Source of the DNA: Candidatus Latescibacterota bacterium
GTDB taxonomy: Bacteria > Latescibacterota > UBA2968 > UBA8231
DNA length: 64,000 bases
Reading direction: 5' to 3'
NCBI GenBank assembly: GCA_964291625.2
Contig: OZ220089.1
Span: 2,528,001 to 2,592,000 of the forward strand
Shown here: one piece after another, positions 9,426-20,524 of the stretch
Layout: each line of letters begins with the position of its first letter
How positions within the stretch are numbered: position 1 is the stretch's first letter
Notes under the pieces: generated by a model
The model's database searches: none
Seen by the model: only the letters and a program-made list of their open reading frames with translations
What the model was told of the DNA's origin: nothing
Position numbers and translations under genes: made by a program

Positions 9426-10070
9426 GTGATCCCCGTGGGCCCCTCGCCTGATAGCAGTCAGCCGCAGGCCAGCGATGTTGCAGTTCTGGGGGAACTCTGC
9501 CCGGACATGACCCCCGGGGACCGGCAGGCCGCGGCCGGTGCCTTGCTGGGCTACCTTCGGATCCTCAGGCGTTGGAACGGAAAGCTGAACCTGGTGTCCG
9601 AGGCCGATCATGGCGCCGTTTGGGAGAGGCACGTGGTGCCGTCCCTGCAACTGCGGGCATCCATTCTCGAGGTGCCCCATGGGAGCGTGGTGGACCTGGG
9701 GTCGGGGGCCGGTTTCCCCGGCGTTCCTCTCGCGATCGCTTCGCCGTCATCCCGGTTCACTCTCGTGGAGAGCCGCCGCCGAAGGGCCTCTTTCCTCCGT
9801 GCTGTGGCCCGGGAACTCTCGCTTGAGAACGTGGAGGTCGTCCACGGGCGGATCGAGGAGTGGCTCCCGAGGACGCGAGCCGATGTCGTCCTTGCCCGGG
9901 CGGTGGCGGACCCGGAGAAGATTGCCACCCTTGTGACTCACGTTCTGGCCCCTGACGGCTTCCTGCTGGTCACGCTCCCCCCGGCCTCTGGCCCAGAGGG
10001 GCAGCAATGCGGGGCGAGGCCCTCCCGTCGCCCCCGGCACACCTTCTGGCAGCCCTTTTCCCACACATGA
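9426..10070 (+). CDS. rsmG: 16S rRNA (guanine(527)-N7)-methyltransferase RsmG (GidB)
   Basis: WN.KLNLVS, RH...S, VDLGSGAGFPGVPLAI, LVES and ARAV motifs. Start uncertain (GTG 9426 or ATG 9507). Confidence 0.9.
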   Translation: MIPVGPSPDSSQPQASDVAVLGELCPDMTPGDRQAAAGALLGYLRILRRWNGKLNLVSEADHGAVWERHVVPSLQLRASILEVPHGSVVDLGSGAGFPGVPLAIASPSSRFTLVESRRRRASFLRAVARELSLENVEVVHGRIEEWLPRTRADVVLARAVADPEKIATLVTHVLAPDGFLLVTLPPASGPEGQQCGARPSRRPRHTFWQPFSHT

Positions 10071-10336
10071 GGCCCCGATTGTGGAAATCACGGTGGAAAA
10101 CCAGGCATCTCGGGGGCCATCCCCCGCCCTCATCCACAAAGCAGAAGGCGATAAGGCGGGCCGGAGAGCGCGATGTGCTATCCGTTTGTAATCTCTCCAG
10201 TTAGCCGGGCCTTCCGGCTCCCGCTGGGAAGGGGTCGGGAATCCTCGCGTGGGCTTTCTTCCGAGGGGACGCCAAGGCAATCCACAAGGTGGACAGCATG
10301 CCTTGCAGCCCCTTGTGGAGAGCGTGTATATTCACA
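10057..10336. promoter_or_regulatory. Cluster of degenerate DnaA boxes
   Basis: TTTCCCACA 10057, TGTGGAAAT 10080, GGTGGAAAA 10092, TCATCCACA 10130, CAATCCACA 10278, TGTGGAGAG 10314, ATATTCACA 10328. Confidence 0.55.
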
Positions 10337-10377
10337 TCGCCCATCCGCAACGTTGACTCGCTAACCGAATTGCCCCC

Positions 10378-10995
10378 TTGATCGTTTCGCAGCTCCAGTC
10401 CGGCGTCAGGCGCGCGCTTCGGCCACTGGCCCGGCTCTTCATCCGGCTGGGGTGGCGCCCCGACTGGCTTACCATGCTCGGACTGTTCTTGAACGTGGTC
10501 GCCACGGCGGCCTTCGCGATGGGCAACTTGCGCTGGGGGGCTGCCATCATGCTGGTGGCCGGACTGTGCGATGTGCTCGACGGCCAGGTGGCCAGGGAGG
10601 GGCGCAGCGAGTCGAAGTTCGGTGCTTTGCTGGACTCGACGACGGACCGCTACTCGGAGATCTTCGTCTACTTCGGAATCGGCGCCTATCTGGTCCGTGG
10701 CGGCGAGTGGGTCCTGAGCGGCATCCTGTTCTTCGCCCTTTCGGGATCGCTGATGGTGAGCTATGTGCGCGCCCGGGCCGAGGGGCTGGGACAGGACTGC
10801 AAAGTTGGCTTCATGCAGCGCCCGGAGCGCCTGGTCGCCTTGGCGGCCGGCGGCTTGGTGGGGCACGAAGGCCTCGCATTCGTCCTTGTACTGCTCGCGG
10901 TTACGACCAACTATACCGTTATCGAGCGCCTCGCCTATATCCGGAACCGGCTCAAGGCTCCATCCCCCTCATCGCATTCGAGTCCGAGCCCCTAA
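10378..10995 (+). CDS. CDP-alcohol phosphatidyltransferase family protein
   Basis: D.LDGQVAR......FGALLDSTTDRYSE signature, plus SYVRARAEGLG and G.MQRPER. Confidence 0.92.
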   Translation: MIVSQLQSGVRRALRPLARLFIRLGWRPDWLTMLGLFLNVVATAAFAMGNLRWGAAIMLVAGLCDVLDGQVAREGRSESKFGALLDSTTDRYSEIFVYFGIGAYLVRGGEWVLSGILFFALSGSLMVSYVRARAEGLGQDCKVGFMQRPERLVALAAGGLVGHEGLAFVLVLLAVTTNYTVIERLAYIRNRLKAPSPSSHSSPSP

Positions 10996-11065
10996 GGCTG
11001 TCCGCCCCGCTTATGGGCCGCAGATTGGCCCCTATATCACCCCCTGCCGGGCGTTCCGCCAAAGC

Positions 11066-11704
11066 ATGAAGTCGCCACTCTTCGTGGTCTTGGAGGGACC
11101 AGACGGTTCGGGCACGAGCACCCAATGCCAGATCCTGTGCGATCGGCTGCGCGCCGAGGGCCACGAAATCGTCCAGACCCGAGAGCCGGGAGGCACGGAG
11201 GCGGGGGAGCGAATCAGATCCATGGTTCTTGACCCGGGATTGAAGGCGCTGGATGACGTGGCCGAGCTGCTCCTGTATGCGGCGAGCCGGAGGCAGCACC
11301 TGCAGGAGTTGATCGAGCCCGCGCTGGCATCTGGAAAGCCGGTGATCAGCGACAGATATGCGGCATCCTCGTTTGCCTATCAGGGGGCGGGGAGAGGGCT
11401 CGGGCCCGAGCTCGTGTCCGCTGTCAACGAGGTGGCAACACGCGGACGGGAGCCGGATGCCACCATCTTTCTGGACCTTTCCCTGGAGCAGGCGCGTCGG
11501 CGGAGGGGCCACCGGGGGGGCGGGGACAGGATCGAGGCTGCGGGCGAGGCCTTGCAGAAGCGTGTCGGCCTCGCCTACCGCCAGTTGGCGGGGAAGGACC
11601 CGGAGCGGTGCTTCCTCTTCGACGCCAGTCCCGGGGTCCAGGAGGTGGCGGCCTCCATCGAGCGGTGCCTCCTGGGCCGCTTTCGGAACTTCCCCTACCG
11701 ATGA
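11066..11704 (+). CDS. tmk: Thymidylate kinase
   Basis: EGPDGSGTSTQ, TREPGGT and DRY..SS.AYQG motifs; ATG 11066. Confidence 0.93.
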   Translation: MKSPLFVVLEGPDGSGTSTQCQILCDRLRAEGHEIVQTREPGGTEAGERIRSMVLDPGLKALDDVAELLLYAASRRQHLQELIEPALASGKPVISDRYAASSFAYQGAGRGLGPELVSAVNEVATRGREPDATIFLDLSLEQARRRRGHRGGGDRIEAAGEALQKRVGLAYRQLAGKDPERCFLFDASPGVQEVAASIERCLLGRFRNFPYR

Positions 11705-13602
11705 GGAAGCCGAATCGAGATATGGGAACCTCAGAGCGCCCGGGGATCTGGAATCGGACTGCACTGGCAACCGCAATTGCGGCGCTGATCGGCCATATGC
11801 AACCGGCCAACTGTGAGCCGGATGACCACTACGAATCGCTGAATGACAGCTGGGACCGCTTCGGATCGGTGTACGCCCGGGTGATTGAGCACTACTACGA
11901 TCCCGTGGATCACGATGCCATCATGAGGGCCGCCATCGAAGGGATGCTGCGGCAACTGGACCCCTATACCCAGTACTTCGACGAGGAGGGCTTGCGACAG
12001 CTCCGCCAGGATACGACGGGGCGATTCGCCGGGCTGGGCATCACGGTTGGGATCAAGGACCGGACCCCGGTGGTAATCGCCCCTATCGAGGGCACCCCGG
12101 CTGACCGGGCAGGGCTGCTGCCGGGTGATCTGATCGTGGCCATCGAAGGCAGGGAGACCTTCGGGCGCTCGTTGGAGCAAGTGGTCACTGATCTGCGCGG
12201 AGAGCCGGGAACCTCGGTACGGATCACCGTCGACCGACGAGGGGTGCTCGATGACTGGGATGTGGTCATCGTCCGCGAGATGATCCAGATCCGCAGCGTC
12301 GCGGTCGCCGAGGAGATCCTGCCGGGGGTCGGATACATCAGCATGCGCCAGACCCGGTTCTCGGAGGAGACATCGGCGGAGATGGAGGCCGCCCTGGAGC
12401 GGATTTCCGCCCTCGACGTGAAGGGCCTCATTCTCGATCTCCGGGGAAACCCCGGAGGCCTGCTGAGCCAGGCAGCGGAAGTGGCAGACCTGTTCCTTCC
12501 GAGAGGGGCCCCGATCGTCTCCGTTCGCGAGCGCTCCGGCCGGCGCGAGGAGACCAAGCGTTCGGAGCGTCGACCGACGTCACCGCATCTGCCGCTCGTC
12601 GTCCTGATCGACGGGGGGAGCGCGAGCGCCGCGGAGATTGTCGCCGGTGCGATGCAGGACAACGACCGCGGCCTCGTGGTGGGGACGACATCTTTCGGCA
12701 AGGGATCCGTCCAGACGATTTTCGATCTCCGGGACGAGGATCGCGCTGCCCTGAAACTCACCACGGCCCTGTATTTCACCCCGAGCGGGCGCAGCATCCA
12801 CCGTGAATCTCTCGCCCTGCCGGGCCTGCTGCAGCCGGTCCCCTTCGGAGAGGTCAGTCTGCCGGGCGGCCAGTTGCTGTCCGTGGTGCTCTCCTCCCCT
12901 GATATCGATGTCGCAGGAGATCGCTTGCGGGCACGATTCGATCTGGACGAGAGACTGTCCGGACAGATCCTCCAGACAACTCTCGGAGACCTCGCCGGCC
13001 GGGGATCCGCGAGATCCGCCAGCGTTGTCGCGGACAGCACTTCCTTCAGAACGAACGGAGGCAGGCTTGTCTACGGCAGCGGAGGAATCGAGCCGGATCT
13101 CGTCGTCGAGGGGGTGCTCTCCCCGCCGTATGTCCAGGAGTTGCGCCGCCACCGGGTTTTCTTCGACTTCGTCGTGGACTATGTGGGCCGGACGGGAGAG
13201 GGCGGGGCCCAACCCTCGCCGGAGGTGGACGACGCGATGATGGCTGCCTTCCGCGAGTACCTGCCCGGGTCGACGGCCGGGGTCGCCCGCGGCCGGAAGG
13301 TCCGACAGGCCCTGGATGGGCTGAGGCGGTTGGCGGACGAGTTCGGATGGAACGGGGCCGTCCGGGCGCGGATCGACAGCCTCGAATTGGCCGTCGGGCG
13401 CCAGGAAGGGGCCGAGCCACGGTCGGCGGACCTCGAGGGCTACCTGCGGTCCGAGCTGCGGCGTGAGCTGGCCCTGCGCGTCGAGGGGCGCAAGGCCAGT
13501 CTTATCATCGCCCTGAAAGACGATCCTCAGGTGAAGGCGGCCGTGACGTTGCTGCGGGATCCGACCGAGTACGACCGCGTGCTGTCCGGAGGAACGGAGT
13601 GA
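11701..13602 (+). CDS. S41 family C-terminal processing peptidase (CtpA/Prc-like)
   Basis: LDPY, PDZ domain (G.GI), DLRGNPGGLL, SASAAEI, FGKGSVQ and GI.PD motifs. Confidence 0.94.
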   Translation: MRKPNRDMGTSERPGIWNRTALATAIAALIGHMQPANCEPDDHYESLNDSWDRFGSVYARVIEHYYDPVDHDAIMRAAIEGMLRQLDPYTQYFDEEGLRQLRQDTTGRFAGLGITVGIKDRTPVVIAPIEGTPADRAGLLPGDLIVAIEGRETFGRSLEQVVTDLRGEPGTSVRITVDRRGVLDDWDVVIVREMIQIRSVAVAEEILPGVGYISMRQTRFSEETSAEMEAALERISALDVKGLILDLRGNPGGLLSQAAEVADLFLPRGAPIVSVRERSGRREETKRSERRPTSPHLPLVVLIDGGSASAAEIVAGAMQDNDRGLVVGTTSFGKGSVQTIFDLRDEDRAALKLTTALYFTPSGRSIHRESLALPGLLQPVPFGEVSLPGGQLLSVVLSSPDIDVAGDRLRARFDLDERLSGQILQTTLGDLAGRGSARSASVVADSTSFRTNGGRLVYGSGGIEPDLVVEGVLSPPYVQELRRHRVFFDFVVDYVGRTGEGGAQPSPEVDDAMMAAFREYLPGSTAGVARGRKVRQALDGLRRLADEFGWNGAVRARIDSLELAVGRQEGAEPRSADLEGYLRSELRRELALRVEGRKASLIIALKDDPQVKAAVTLLRDPTEYDRVLSGGTE

Positions 13603-13726
13603 CCCTGCCCGCTCTCCCGGCCGCGGAACCGCGCCTGTCCCCCGGAGGTCGTCCTGCCGGCCTGCCGCCTTCGGGCGCGTCAAAACTGAAATCACGGGGA
13701 CCCAGCGTCCCCCTGTCGGAGTGAGA

Positions 13727-15247
13727 ATGGGAACAGAGATCTTCATCAACCAGGGAGTTCACGAGTCCCGTATCGCCATCGTCGAGGAAGGTGACCTGGC
13801 CGAAATCTGGGTGGAACGCCCGGAAGCGGAGCGAATGGTCGGAGACATCTACAAGGGCAGGGTGACTGCCGTCCTGCCGAGCTTGCAGGCTGCCTTCGTC
13901 GACATCGGGCAGGAGCGGACCGCTTTCCTCCAGGTACGGGACTTGGTGGAGGCAGAGAACGAGGAGGAGGACAGCGGCCGCAGAAACGGCCGTCGTCCCC
14001 GGCAGTATCCTCCGATCCAGGACCTTGTGAAGAAGGGCCAGGAACTGCTCGTGCAGATCACGAAGGAGCCGATTGGCACCAAGGGCGCCCGCATCACCAC
14101 TCAACTGGCCCTGGCCGGGCGATTCGTCGTGCTCATGGCCAACGGGGACTGGGTGGGGGTGTCCCGCAAGATCAGCAACTGGAACGAGCGCCGACGACTG
14201 AGGGAGGTGGTGCGGAAGCAGTTGCCGGAGGGGTTCTCCGTGATCGTGCGCACAGAAGGACGAGGCCAGCAGGAGAAGGACTTCCGGCGCGACCTGAAAC
14301 AGCTGCACCGCGCCTATCGGCGCCTGCAGAAGAAGGCCCGCCGAGCGTCGGCCCCGGCCCTGGTGCACCAGGAGCTGGGAATGACGTCGAGCATCATACG
14401 CGATCTCTTCACCGACAACGTCGACCGATTGGTGGTGGACTCGCGGGAGTTGCACCGCGAGATCATCGGGTACCTCAAGAGCGTCTCCCCCGAGCTGCGA
14501 GAGCGAGTGGAACTCTACCGTGACCGGAGACCGATCTTCGACCACTTCAAGGTGGAGAAGGAGATGGAGAAGGTTACCGAGCGCGAGGTCCGAATGCGCA
14601 AGGGCGGCTCCCTGGTCATCGACCATGCCGAAGCCGGCACCTTCATCGATGTGAACTCGGCGCGAAACACCGGCAAGCGCGATCAGGAAGAGAGCATCCT
14701 GCATACCAATCTGGAAGCTGCGAGGGAGGTCGCCCGCCAACTGCGCCTGCGCGACATCGGAGGCATCATCGTCATCGACTTCATCGACATGCACGACGAG
14801 CGCAACCGCAGGAAGCTCGTGGATGCCATGATCGAGCAGGTGCGCCGGGATCGCGCCAAGGTCTCCATCAGCGCCCAGATCTCCGAGTTCGGCCTGATCG
14901 AGATGACGCGCCAGCGAGTGCGCCCGAACCTGCTGCACACTCAGTCAGAGCCGTGTCCGGTGTGTGCCGGGACAGGCAGGGTCATGGGACCAGACACGAC
15001 GATCACCAAGATCGAGCGCTGGTTGCGCCGGGCGTATGCGGGCAATGGGGAGCGGCGCTTCCGGCTTCGGGTCCACCCGGACGTGGCCACATACATGCGG
15101 TCGGACAACGGCGACCGCCTGAAGGACATGCGCAAGGCCACCAAGGCGCGCCTGGACATCGAGGAGGACGCTGGGATGACACCCCAGGAATACCGGTTCT
15201 ACTCGGTGAAGAGACACCTCGACGTGACCGCCGAATACGGGAATTGA
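13727..15247 (+). CDS. Rne/Rng family ribonuclease
   Basis: S1 domain (GDIYKGRV...QAAFVDIG), IDVNS, LRLRDIGGIIVIDFID, EMTRQR and Zn-link CPVC.G.G motifs. Confidence 0.95.
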   Translation: MGTEIFINQGVHESRIAIVEEGDLAEIWVERPEAERMVGDIYKGRVTAVLPSLQAAFVDIGQERTAFLQVRDLVEAENEEEDSGRRNGRRPRQYPPIQDLVKKGQELLVQITKEPIGTKGARITTQLALAGRFVVLMANGDWVGVSRKISNWNERRRLREVVRKQLPEGFSVIVRTEGRGQQEKDFRRDLKQLHRAYRRLQKKARRASAPALVHQELGMTSSIIRDLFTDNVDRLVVDSRELHREIIGYLKSVSPELRERVELYRDRRPIFDHFKVEKEMEKVTEREVRMRKGGSLVIDHAEAGTFIDVNSARNTGKRDQEESILHTNLEAAREVARQLRLRDIGGIIVIDFIDMHDERNRRKLVDAMIEQVRRDRAKVSISAQISEFGLIEMTRQRVRPNLLHTQSEPCPVCAGTGRVMGPDTTITKIERWLRRAYAGNGERRFRLRVHPDVATYMRSDNGDRLKDMRKATKARLDIEEDAGMTPQEYRFYSVKRHLDVTAEYGN

Positions 15248-15296
15248 CAGATCAGGGGCCCGCCCGTAGCTTCTGCGGTTCGCTGAAGGAGGATCC

Positions 15297-15614
15297 TTGT
15301 ACGCCGTTGTCGATATCGCTGGCAAGCAGATTCAGGTGGAGGAGGGGGCAGTAGTCCGCGTCCCCAGGCTGGCCCTGCAGGAGGGCGACAGGCAGGTGCT
15401 TTCCCAGGTTCTGCTCCTTCGCACGGACAGCGGCACGCATGTGGGCAGCCCCCATGTCGACGGGGCATCGGTGGAGGCGACCGTCCTTGGTCACGGGCGG
15501 GCCGAGAAAATCGTGGTCTTCAAGATCAAGCGCCGGAAGAACTATCGCCGCCGCAACGGGCACCGGCAGGACTACACCGAGCTCAAGATCGACGGCATCG
15601 TTGCCCCGAACTGA
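15297..15614 (+). CDS. rplU: 50S ribosomal protein L21
   Basis: [23 protein letters not shown] motifs. Confidence 0.97.
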   Translation: MYAVVDIAGKQIQVEEGAVVRVPRLALQEGDRQVLSQVLLLRTDSGTHVGSPHVDGASVEATVLGHGRAEKIVVFKIKRRKNYRRRNGHRQDYTELKIDGIVAPN

Positions 15615-15626
15615 CGGAGTCCCGGA

Positions 15627-15887
15627 ATGGCACACAAGAAAGGCGTTGGCAGCTCCAGGAACGGTCGTGACAGCAACTCCAAGCGCCTGGGAGTCAAGAG
15701 CGCTGGCGGCCAATCTGTCCAGGCCGGGACCATCATCATCCGCCAGCGGGGCACTCGAATTCACCCTGGTCAGAATGTCCGCAAGGGGGGCGACGATACC
15801 CTCTTCGCATGTGTCGACGGCCGGGTCGTGTTCGAATCGGCCGGCCGCCGCCGCAAGCGAGTCCGCGTCGAGCCCGTCACCGCCTGA
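15627..15887 (+). CDS. rpmA: 50S ribosomal protein L27
   Basis: [22 protein letters not shown] motif. Confidence 0.98.
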   Translation: MAHKKGVGSSRNGRDSNSKRLGVKSAGGQSVQAGTIIIRQRGTRIHPGQNVRKGGDDTLFACVDGRVVFESAGRRRKRVRVEPVTA

Positions 15888-16016
15888 TCCAGACCGTGCT
15901 GCACGGCACCGGGTCGCCATTGTGAACCAGGCCCCCTACGGAGTCGCTTTCGGTCGCTCTGAGGCCGGCCGCGGTTCCGTAGTAGTTCTGCCAGTCCCTC
16001 GATCCACAATCCGGAC

Positions 16017-17735
16017 ATGAACACCCCCTCACTCGACGTCCTCATCGTTGGGGGCGGGGCCGCCGGTCTGCGCGCCGCCATCGCCGCCGTCGAGGCCGAC
16101 CCCGACATCCACGTCGGCCTGGTGTCCAAGGTCTACCCCATGCGATCCCATACGGTCTCCGCCGAAGGCGGATCGGCCGCTGTGGTCCGTGACGACGACA
16201 GTCTCGACTCCCATGCCTACGACACGATCAAGGGGTCGGACTTCCTCGCCGATCAGGACGTAGTCGAGGCTTTCGTCAATGAGGCTCCCGGGGAGCTCAT
16301 CCTGCTTGAGCATTGGGGGTGTCCGTGGAGCCGTGACCCGGACGGCCGAGTCAGCGTGCGCGCCTTCGGAGGCATGAGTACGAAGCGCACCCTCTACGCC
16401 GCGGACAAGACCGGCTTCCACATGCTGCACGCGCTGTTTCAGACGTCGCTCAAGCACAGCCGGATCCACCGCTACGACGAGTGGTACGTCACCTCCCTTC
16501 TCGTCGACGAAGGCAGGGTGTGCGGCGTCGCCGCCCTGAACCTTCACCAAGGCGGCCTGCATGCCCTTCCCGCCCGGGCTGTCATCTTGTGCACGGGCGG
16601 CGGGGGCCGGGTCTTCCCTTTCACGACGAATGCCGCCATCAAGACCGGCGACGGCATGTCCATGGCGTATCGGGCAGGCTGTCCGCTGAAGGACATGGAG
16701 TTCGTCCAGTACCACCCGACAGGCTTGCCGGTGACCGGCATCCTGATGACGGAGGCCTCGCGGGGCGAGGGGGGGTACCTGGTCAACAGCGAAGGGGACC
16801 GGTACCTGAGCGAGTACGTGCCCGGCAAGATGGAGCTTGGGCCCCGCGACATCCTTTCCCGCGCCTTCGTCCACGAGATGCGGGCGGGACGGGTCTTCGA
16901 GGGTGAGCACGGGCAGTACGTGCATCTGGATCTGCGGCACCTTGGCGAGAAGGCCATCGACGAGAAACTGCCCTTCGTGCGCGAGCTTACCCGCAACTAT
17001 GTCGGTATCGACCCCGTCCACGAGCCGATTCCGGTGCGCCCGGTCGTCCACTACATGATGGGGGGCGTCCACACCGACATCGACGGCGCCACCCCCGTGG
17101 CCGGCCTCTACGCCGCCGGTGAGACGGCCTGCGTGAGCCTGAACGGCGCCAATCGCCTGGGCTCCAACTCCCTGACCGAGTGTCTGGTCTTCGGTGCCCG
17201 CGCGGGGAAGGCCGCCGGGCGTTCTGCCAGCGAACAGGACAACCCCCGGTCCGGGGTGCTGGAGGCCCTGGTCCGCGATGAGGAGGAGCGCATCCGGTCC
17301 ACTTTGCTGGGCGAGGACGAGGGCCGCACCGAGAAGGTGAGCCAGATCCGCACCGACCTGCAGGGGGCGATGGAGTCGGGCGCCGGCATCTACCGCACGG
17401 CCGAGGACCTGACCATCGCCTGCGAGCAGATCCGCGCCCTCAAGGAGCGCTACCAGCGGGTGCGCATCGACGATCACTCCCTGGTCTTCAACACCCAGTT
17501 GACCACGGCTCTCGAACTCGGCTGCATGCTCGACGTGGCGGAGTCCCTCGCCCACTCCGCCCTGCTGCGGGAAGAGTCCCGGGGCTCCCATGCCCGCTCC
17601 GACCACGAATCCCGGGACGACGGCCGCTTTCTCTCCCACTCCCTGGCCATTCGCGACCCGGGAGGCGGGGACCCGAGGATCGAGTACCTCCCGGCCACGA
17701 TCACGCGCTGGCAGCCCGAGGAACGGAAGTACTGA
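16017..17735 (+). CDS. frdA: Fumarate reductase flavoprotein subunit
   Basis: GGGAAG FAD-binding motif, [10 protein letters not shown] (covalent-FAD His, FrdA-type Glu), QYHPTG, HYMMGG and [10 protein letters not shown]. Confidence 0.92.
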   Translation: MNTPSLDVLIVGGGAAGLRAAIAAVEADPDIHVGLVSKVYPMRSHTVSAEGGSAAVVRDDDSLDSHAYDTIKGSDFLADQDVVEAFVNEAPGELILLEHWGCPWSRDPDGRVSVRAFGGMSTKRTLYAADKTGFHMLHALFQTSLKHSRIHRYDEWYVTSLLVDEGRVCGVAALNLHQGGLHALPARAVILCTGGGGRVFPFTTNAAIKTGDGMSMAYRAGCPLKDMEFVQYHPTGLPVTGILMTEASRGEGGYLVNSEGDRYLSEYVPGKMELGPRDILSRAFVHEMRAGRVFEGEHGQYVHLDLRHLGEKAIDEKLPFVRELTRNYVGIDPVHEPIPVRPVVHYMMGGVHTDIDGATPVAGLYAAGETACVSLNGANRLGSNSLTECLVFGARAGKAAGRSASEQDNPRSGVLEALVRDEEERIRSTLLGEDEGRTEKVSQIRTDLQGAMESGAGIYRTAEDLTIACEQIRALKERYQRVRIDDHSLVFNTQLTTALELGCMLDVAESLAHSALLREESRGSHARSDHESRDDGRFLSHSLAIRDPGGGDPRIEYLPATITRWQPEERKY

Positions 17736-18481
17736 TGAGCGACGCCACGATCACCCTCTCCGTCACGCGCTACAACCCCGAGGCCGACGAGAAGCCCTCG
17801 GCACAGGACTACCAGATCCCCTATCGGGAAGACTGGGTTCTCCTCGATGCTCTCAACCACATCAAGGACGAGGTCGACGAGTCCTTGTCCTACCGCTGGT
17901 CGTGCCGCATGGGCGTGTGCGGCAGTTGCGGAATGATGGTCAACGGAGAACCCAAGCTCACTTGTGCCACCTTCCTGCGCGACTACTATCCCGACCCGGT
18001 CCGCGTGGAGCCCCTGGCCAACTTCGGGATCATCCGCGATCTGGTGATCGACATGGCCGACTTCATGGACAAGCTGAAGGCCGTCAAGCCATGGATCGTG
18101 CGCGACGAGGAGAAGCCGGTCAGCGAGGGCGAGTACCTGCAGTCGCCGGCGGAACTCAAGGAGTTCAAGCAGTTCAGCATGTGCATCAACTGCATGCTCT
18201 GCTATTCGGCCTGCCCTGTCTATGGACGGGAGCAGGAGTTCATCGGCCCGGCAGCGTTGGCCCTGGGCCATCGCTACAACCTGGACAGCCGTGATCAGGG
18301 CAACGACGAGCGTGCCGAGGTCGTTGCCTCGAGCCAGGGTATCTGGGAGTGCACCTTCGTCGGCGAGTGCTCGGAGGTCTGTCCGAAGGATGTCGATCCC
18401 GCCGCGGCGATTCAGCGTACGAAGGTGGCCGCCACCCAGCAGTGGTTCAAGTCGATTCTCATGCCCTTCGGAGGCAAGTGA
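17735..18481 (+). CDS. frdB: Fumarate reductase iron-sulfur subunit
   Basis: [22 protein letters not shown] and [13 protein letters not shown] cluster motifs. Confidence 0.93.
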   Translation: MSDATITLSVTRYNPEADEKPSAQDYQIPYREDWVLLDALNHIKDEVDESLSYRWSCRMGVCGSCGMMVNGEPKLTCATFLRDYYPDPVRVEPLANFGIIRDLVIDMADFMDKLKAVKPWIVRDEEKPVSEGEYLQSPAELKEFKQFSMCINCMLCYSACPVYGREQEFIGPAALALGHRYNLDSRDQGNDERAEVVASSQGIWECTFVGECSEVCPKDVDPAAAIQRTKVAATQQWFKSILMPFGGK

Positions 18482-18492
18482 AGGGGACGAAT

Positions 18493-18876
18493 GTGAAGGT
18501 CTATCGGCCCGAGATGTCGGCCACGTGGTGGCTGAAGTCGAGGAGCTATTTCCTGTTCATGATGCGCGAGTTGTCGAGCGTCTTCATCGCTCTCTTCGTG
18601 CTGGTCTACCTCTACGAGCTCTTCCAGTTGTCCAGGGGGCCGGAGGCCTACGGGAACCTGCGGGAGTCGCTGAGCCGGCCGGGCGCCGTGGCGCTCTATG
18701 GCGTCGCCTTTCTCTTTGCCGTCTACCACACGGTGACCTGGTTCCAGGCCGCTTCCAGAATCCAGGTCGTGCGACTGGGCGCCTGGACCATGCCGGGGTG
18801 GATCATGCTGGCGGGCGCCCTCGGCGCCTGGGTCGTGATCTCCGCAGCCGTGGCGGCGTACTTCCTCGGAGCGTGA
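18493..18876 (+). CDS. frdC: Fumarate reductase membrane anchor subunit C (E. coli type)
   Basis: Y...M..TWW.....Y...M.RE resembles E. coli FrdC; three TM segments; H..TWF motif. Confidence 0.85.
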   Translation: MKVYRPEMSATWWLKSRSYFLFMMRELSSVFIALFVLVYLYELFQLSRGPEAYGNLRESLSRPGAVALYGVAFLFAVYHTVTWFQAASRIQVVRLGAWTMPGWIMLAGALGAWVVISAAVAAYFLGA

Positions 18877-18886
18877 ACGGCTCGGC

Positions 18887-19246
18887 GTGAATTACAGGAA
18901 AGACACCAAGGAGCCCTTCTGGTGGGGGATGTTCTCGGCCGGCGGCGTCGTGGCCGCCCTGCTGGTGCCGATCCATATCCTGCTGGACGGCCTGGCAGTC
19001 CCTTTGGCCTGGATCGACCCAGGGGACGTTGCCTACGGGCGCATGCAGGCCTTGACCGGCTCGCCCCTTGTCAGGGTCTATCTCTTCGTCCTGCTGGCCA
19101 TGCCCCTGTTTCACGCCGCTCACCGTATTCGCTTCACCCTTTACGAGTTCGGGATCCGCGCCCACATGCCGGTGGCCGTTCTCTGCTACGGGGTGGCGCT
19201 GGCAGGCACCGCCGCCTCGGCCTGGCTGCTGGTGGTCTTGCTGTGA
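18887..19246 (+). CDS. frdD: Fumarate reductase membrane anchor subunit D (E. coli type)
   Basis: EPFWWGMFSAGG..AA and HR....L...G motifs resemble E. coli FrdD. Confidence 0.87.
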   Translation: MNYRKDTKEPFWWGMFSAGGVVAALLVPIHILLDGLAVPLAWIDPGDVAYGRMQALTGSPLVRVYLFVLLAMPLFHAAHRIRFTLYEFGIRAHMPVAVLCYGVALAGTAASAWLLVVLL

Positions 19247-19369
19247 GCCGCCCTCCGTCGGAGGGCCCGGCCTCATCCCGAAGATCCTGAACAACCCGGA
19301 GGGGCGAGACTCGCCGCCAGGCCCTCTTGGCCCCGGCCAGGCAACGCCTCTCCTGGAGAGTGCGGGAAC

Positions 19370-20524
19370 ATGAAAATCCACGAATTCCAGGCCAAGGAGT
19401 TGCTGCGGCGACACGGTGTGCCCGTGCCTGATGGCGGCGTGGCCCACAGTCTCGACGAAGCCGAAGCCGTGGCCCGGGAGTTGGGCGGGCCCGTCGTTGT
19501 GAAGGCCCAGATCCACGCCGGCGGGAGGGGGAAGGGCGGCGGCATCAAGCTCGCCGAATCGGCCGCAGATGCACGGAGGGCCGCCGGGCAGATCCTCGGC
19601 ATGCAGCTGGTGACCCATCAGACCGGCCCCGAGGGACGGAAGGTGAAGCAGGTCCTGGTGGAGAGGGCAAGCACCATCGATCAGGAGTTGTACCTCGGCA
19701 TCACCCTCGACCGGGCCCAGGGGCGCGACGTCGTCATGGCCAGCCAGGAGGGGGGCGTGGAGATCGAAGATGTGGCATCCGCAAACCCCGGGGCGATCCT
19801 GCGCGAGACCGTGCACCCGGGTCTTGGCCTGTTGCCCTTCCAGGCGAACCGGCTGGCATTCGGCCTCGGTTTCGAGGGTGCCCTGGCTCGCTCCGTGGCC
19901 GGACTGCTGATCAAGCTCTACGAGGCGTACCGTTCGGCCTCGTGCTCCATCGCCGAGATCAACCCCCTCGTCGTCACCGACGGCCGGGTGCTGGCCCTCG
20001 ACGCGAAGATCAACTTCGACGACAACGCGGTGCTGTGGCGCAAGGACCATGCCGAGCTGCGGGACCTGGACGAGGAAGACCCTCTGGAGGTCGAAGCCTC
20101 CAGGCACGGCCTCAGCTACATCCGACTCGACGGGGACATCGGCTGCATGGTGAACGGCGCGGGCTTGGCCATGGCGACGATGGACATCATCAAGCTCGCC
20201 GGTGGAGAGCCCGCCAACTTCCTCGACATCGGGGGCGGGGCCAGCGCCGAGACGGTGGAGAACGGGTTCCGCATCCTGCTGGCCGATACGAAGGTCAAGG
20301 CGATACTCATCAACATCTTCGGTGGCATCGTGCGTTGCGACCGCGTCGCCCAGGGGGTGATCCAGGCCCAGGAAAACGTCGCCGTGCAGGTTCCGGTGGT
20401 CGTTCGTCTGGCCGGGACGAACGCCGAGGTGGCCGCGGAAATGCTCAACGACTCGGCGCTCGACTTCACCGTGGGCACCGGACTCAAGGACGCGGCCGAG
20501 AAGGCCGTGGCCCTGCTGCCATGA
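19370..20524 (+). CDS. sucC: Succinyl-CoA synthetase beta subunit
   Basis: [38 protein letters not shown] and [10 protein letters not shown] motifs. Confidence 0.98.
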   Translation: MKIHEFQAKELLRRHGVPVPDGGVAHSLDEAEAVARELGGPVVVKAQIHAGGRGKGGGIKLAESAADARRAAGQILGMQLVTHQTGPEGRKVKQVLVERASTIDQELYLGITLDRAQGRDVVMASQEGGVEIEDVASANPGAILRETVHPGLGLLPFQANRLAFGLGFEGALARSVAGLLIKLYEAYRSASCSIAEINPLVVTDGRVLALDAKINFDDNAVLWRKDHAELRDLDEEDPLEVEASRHGLSYIRLDGDIGCMVNGAGLAMATMDIIKLAGGEPANFLDIGGGASAETVENGFRILLADTKVKAILINIFGGIVRCDRVAQGVIQAQENVAVQVPVVVRLAGTNAEVAAEMLNDSALDFTVGTGLKDAAEKAVALLP

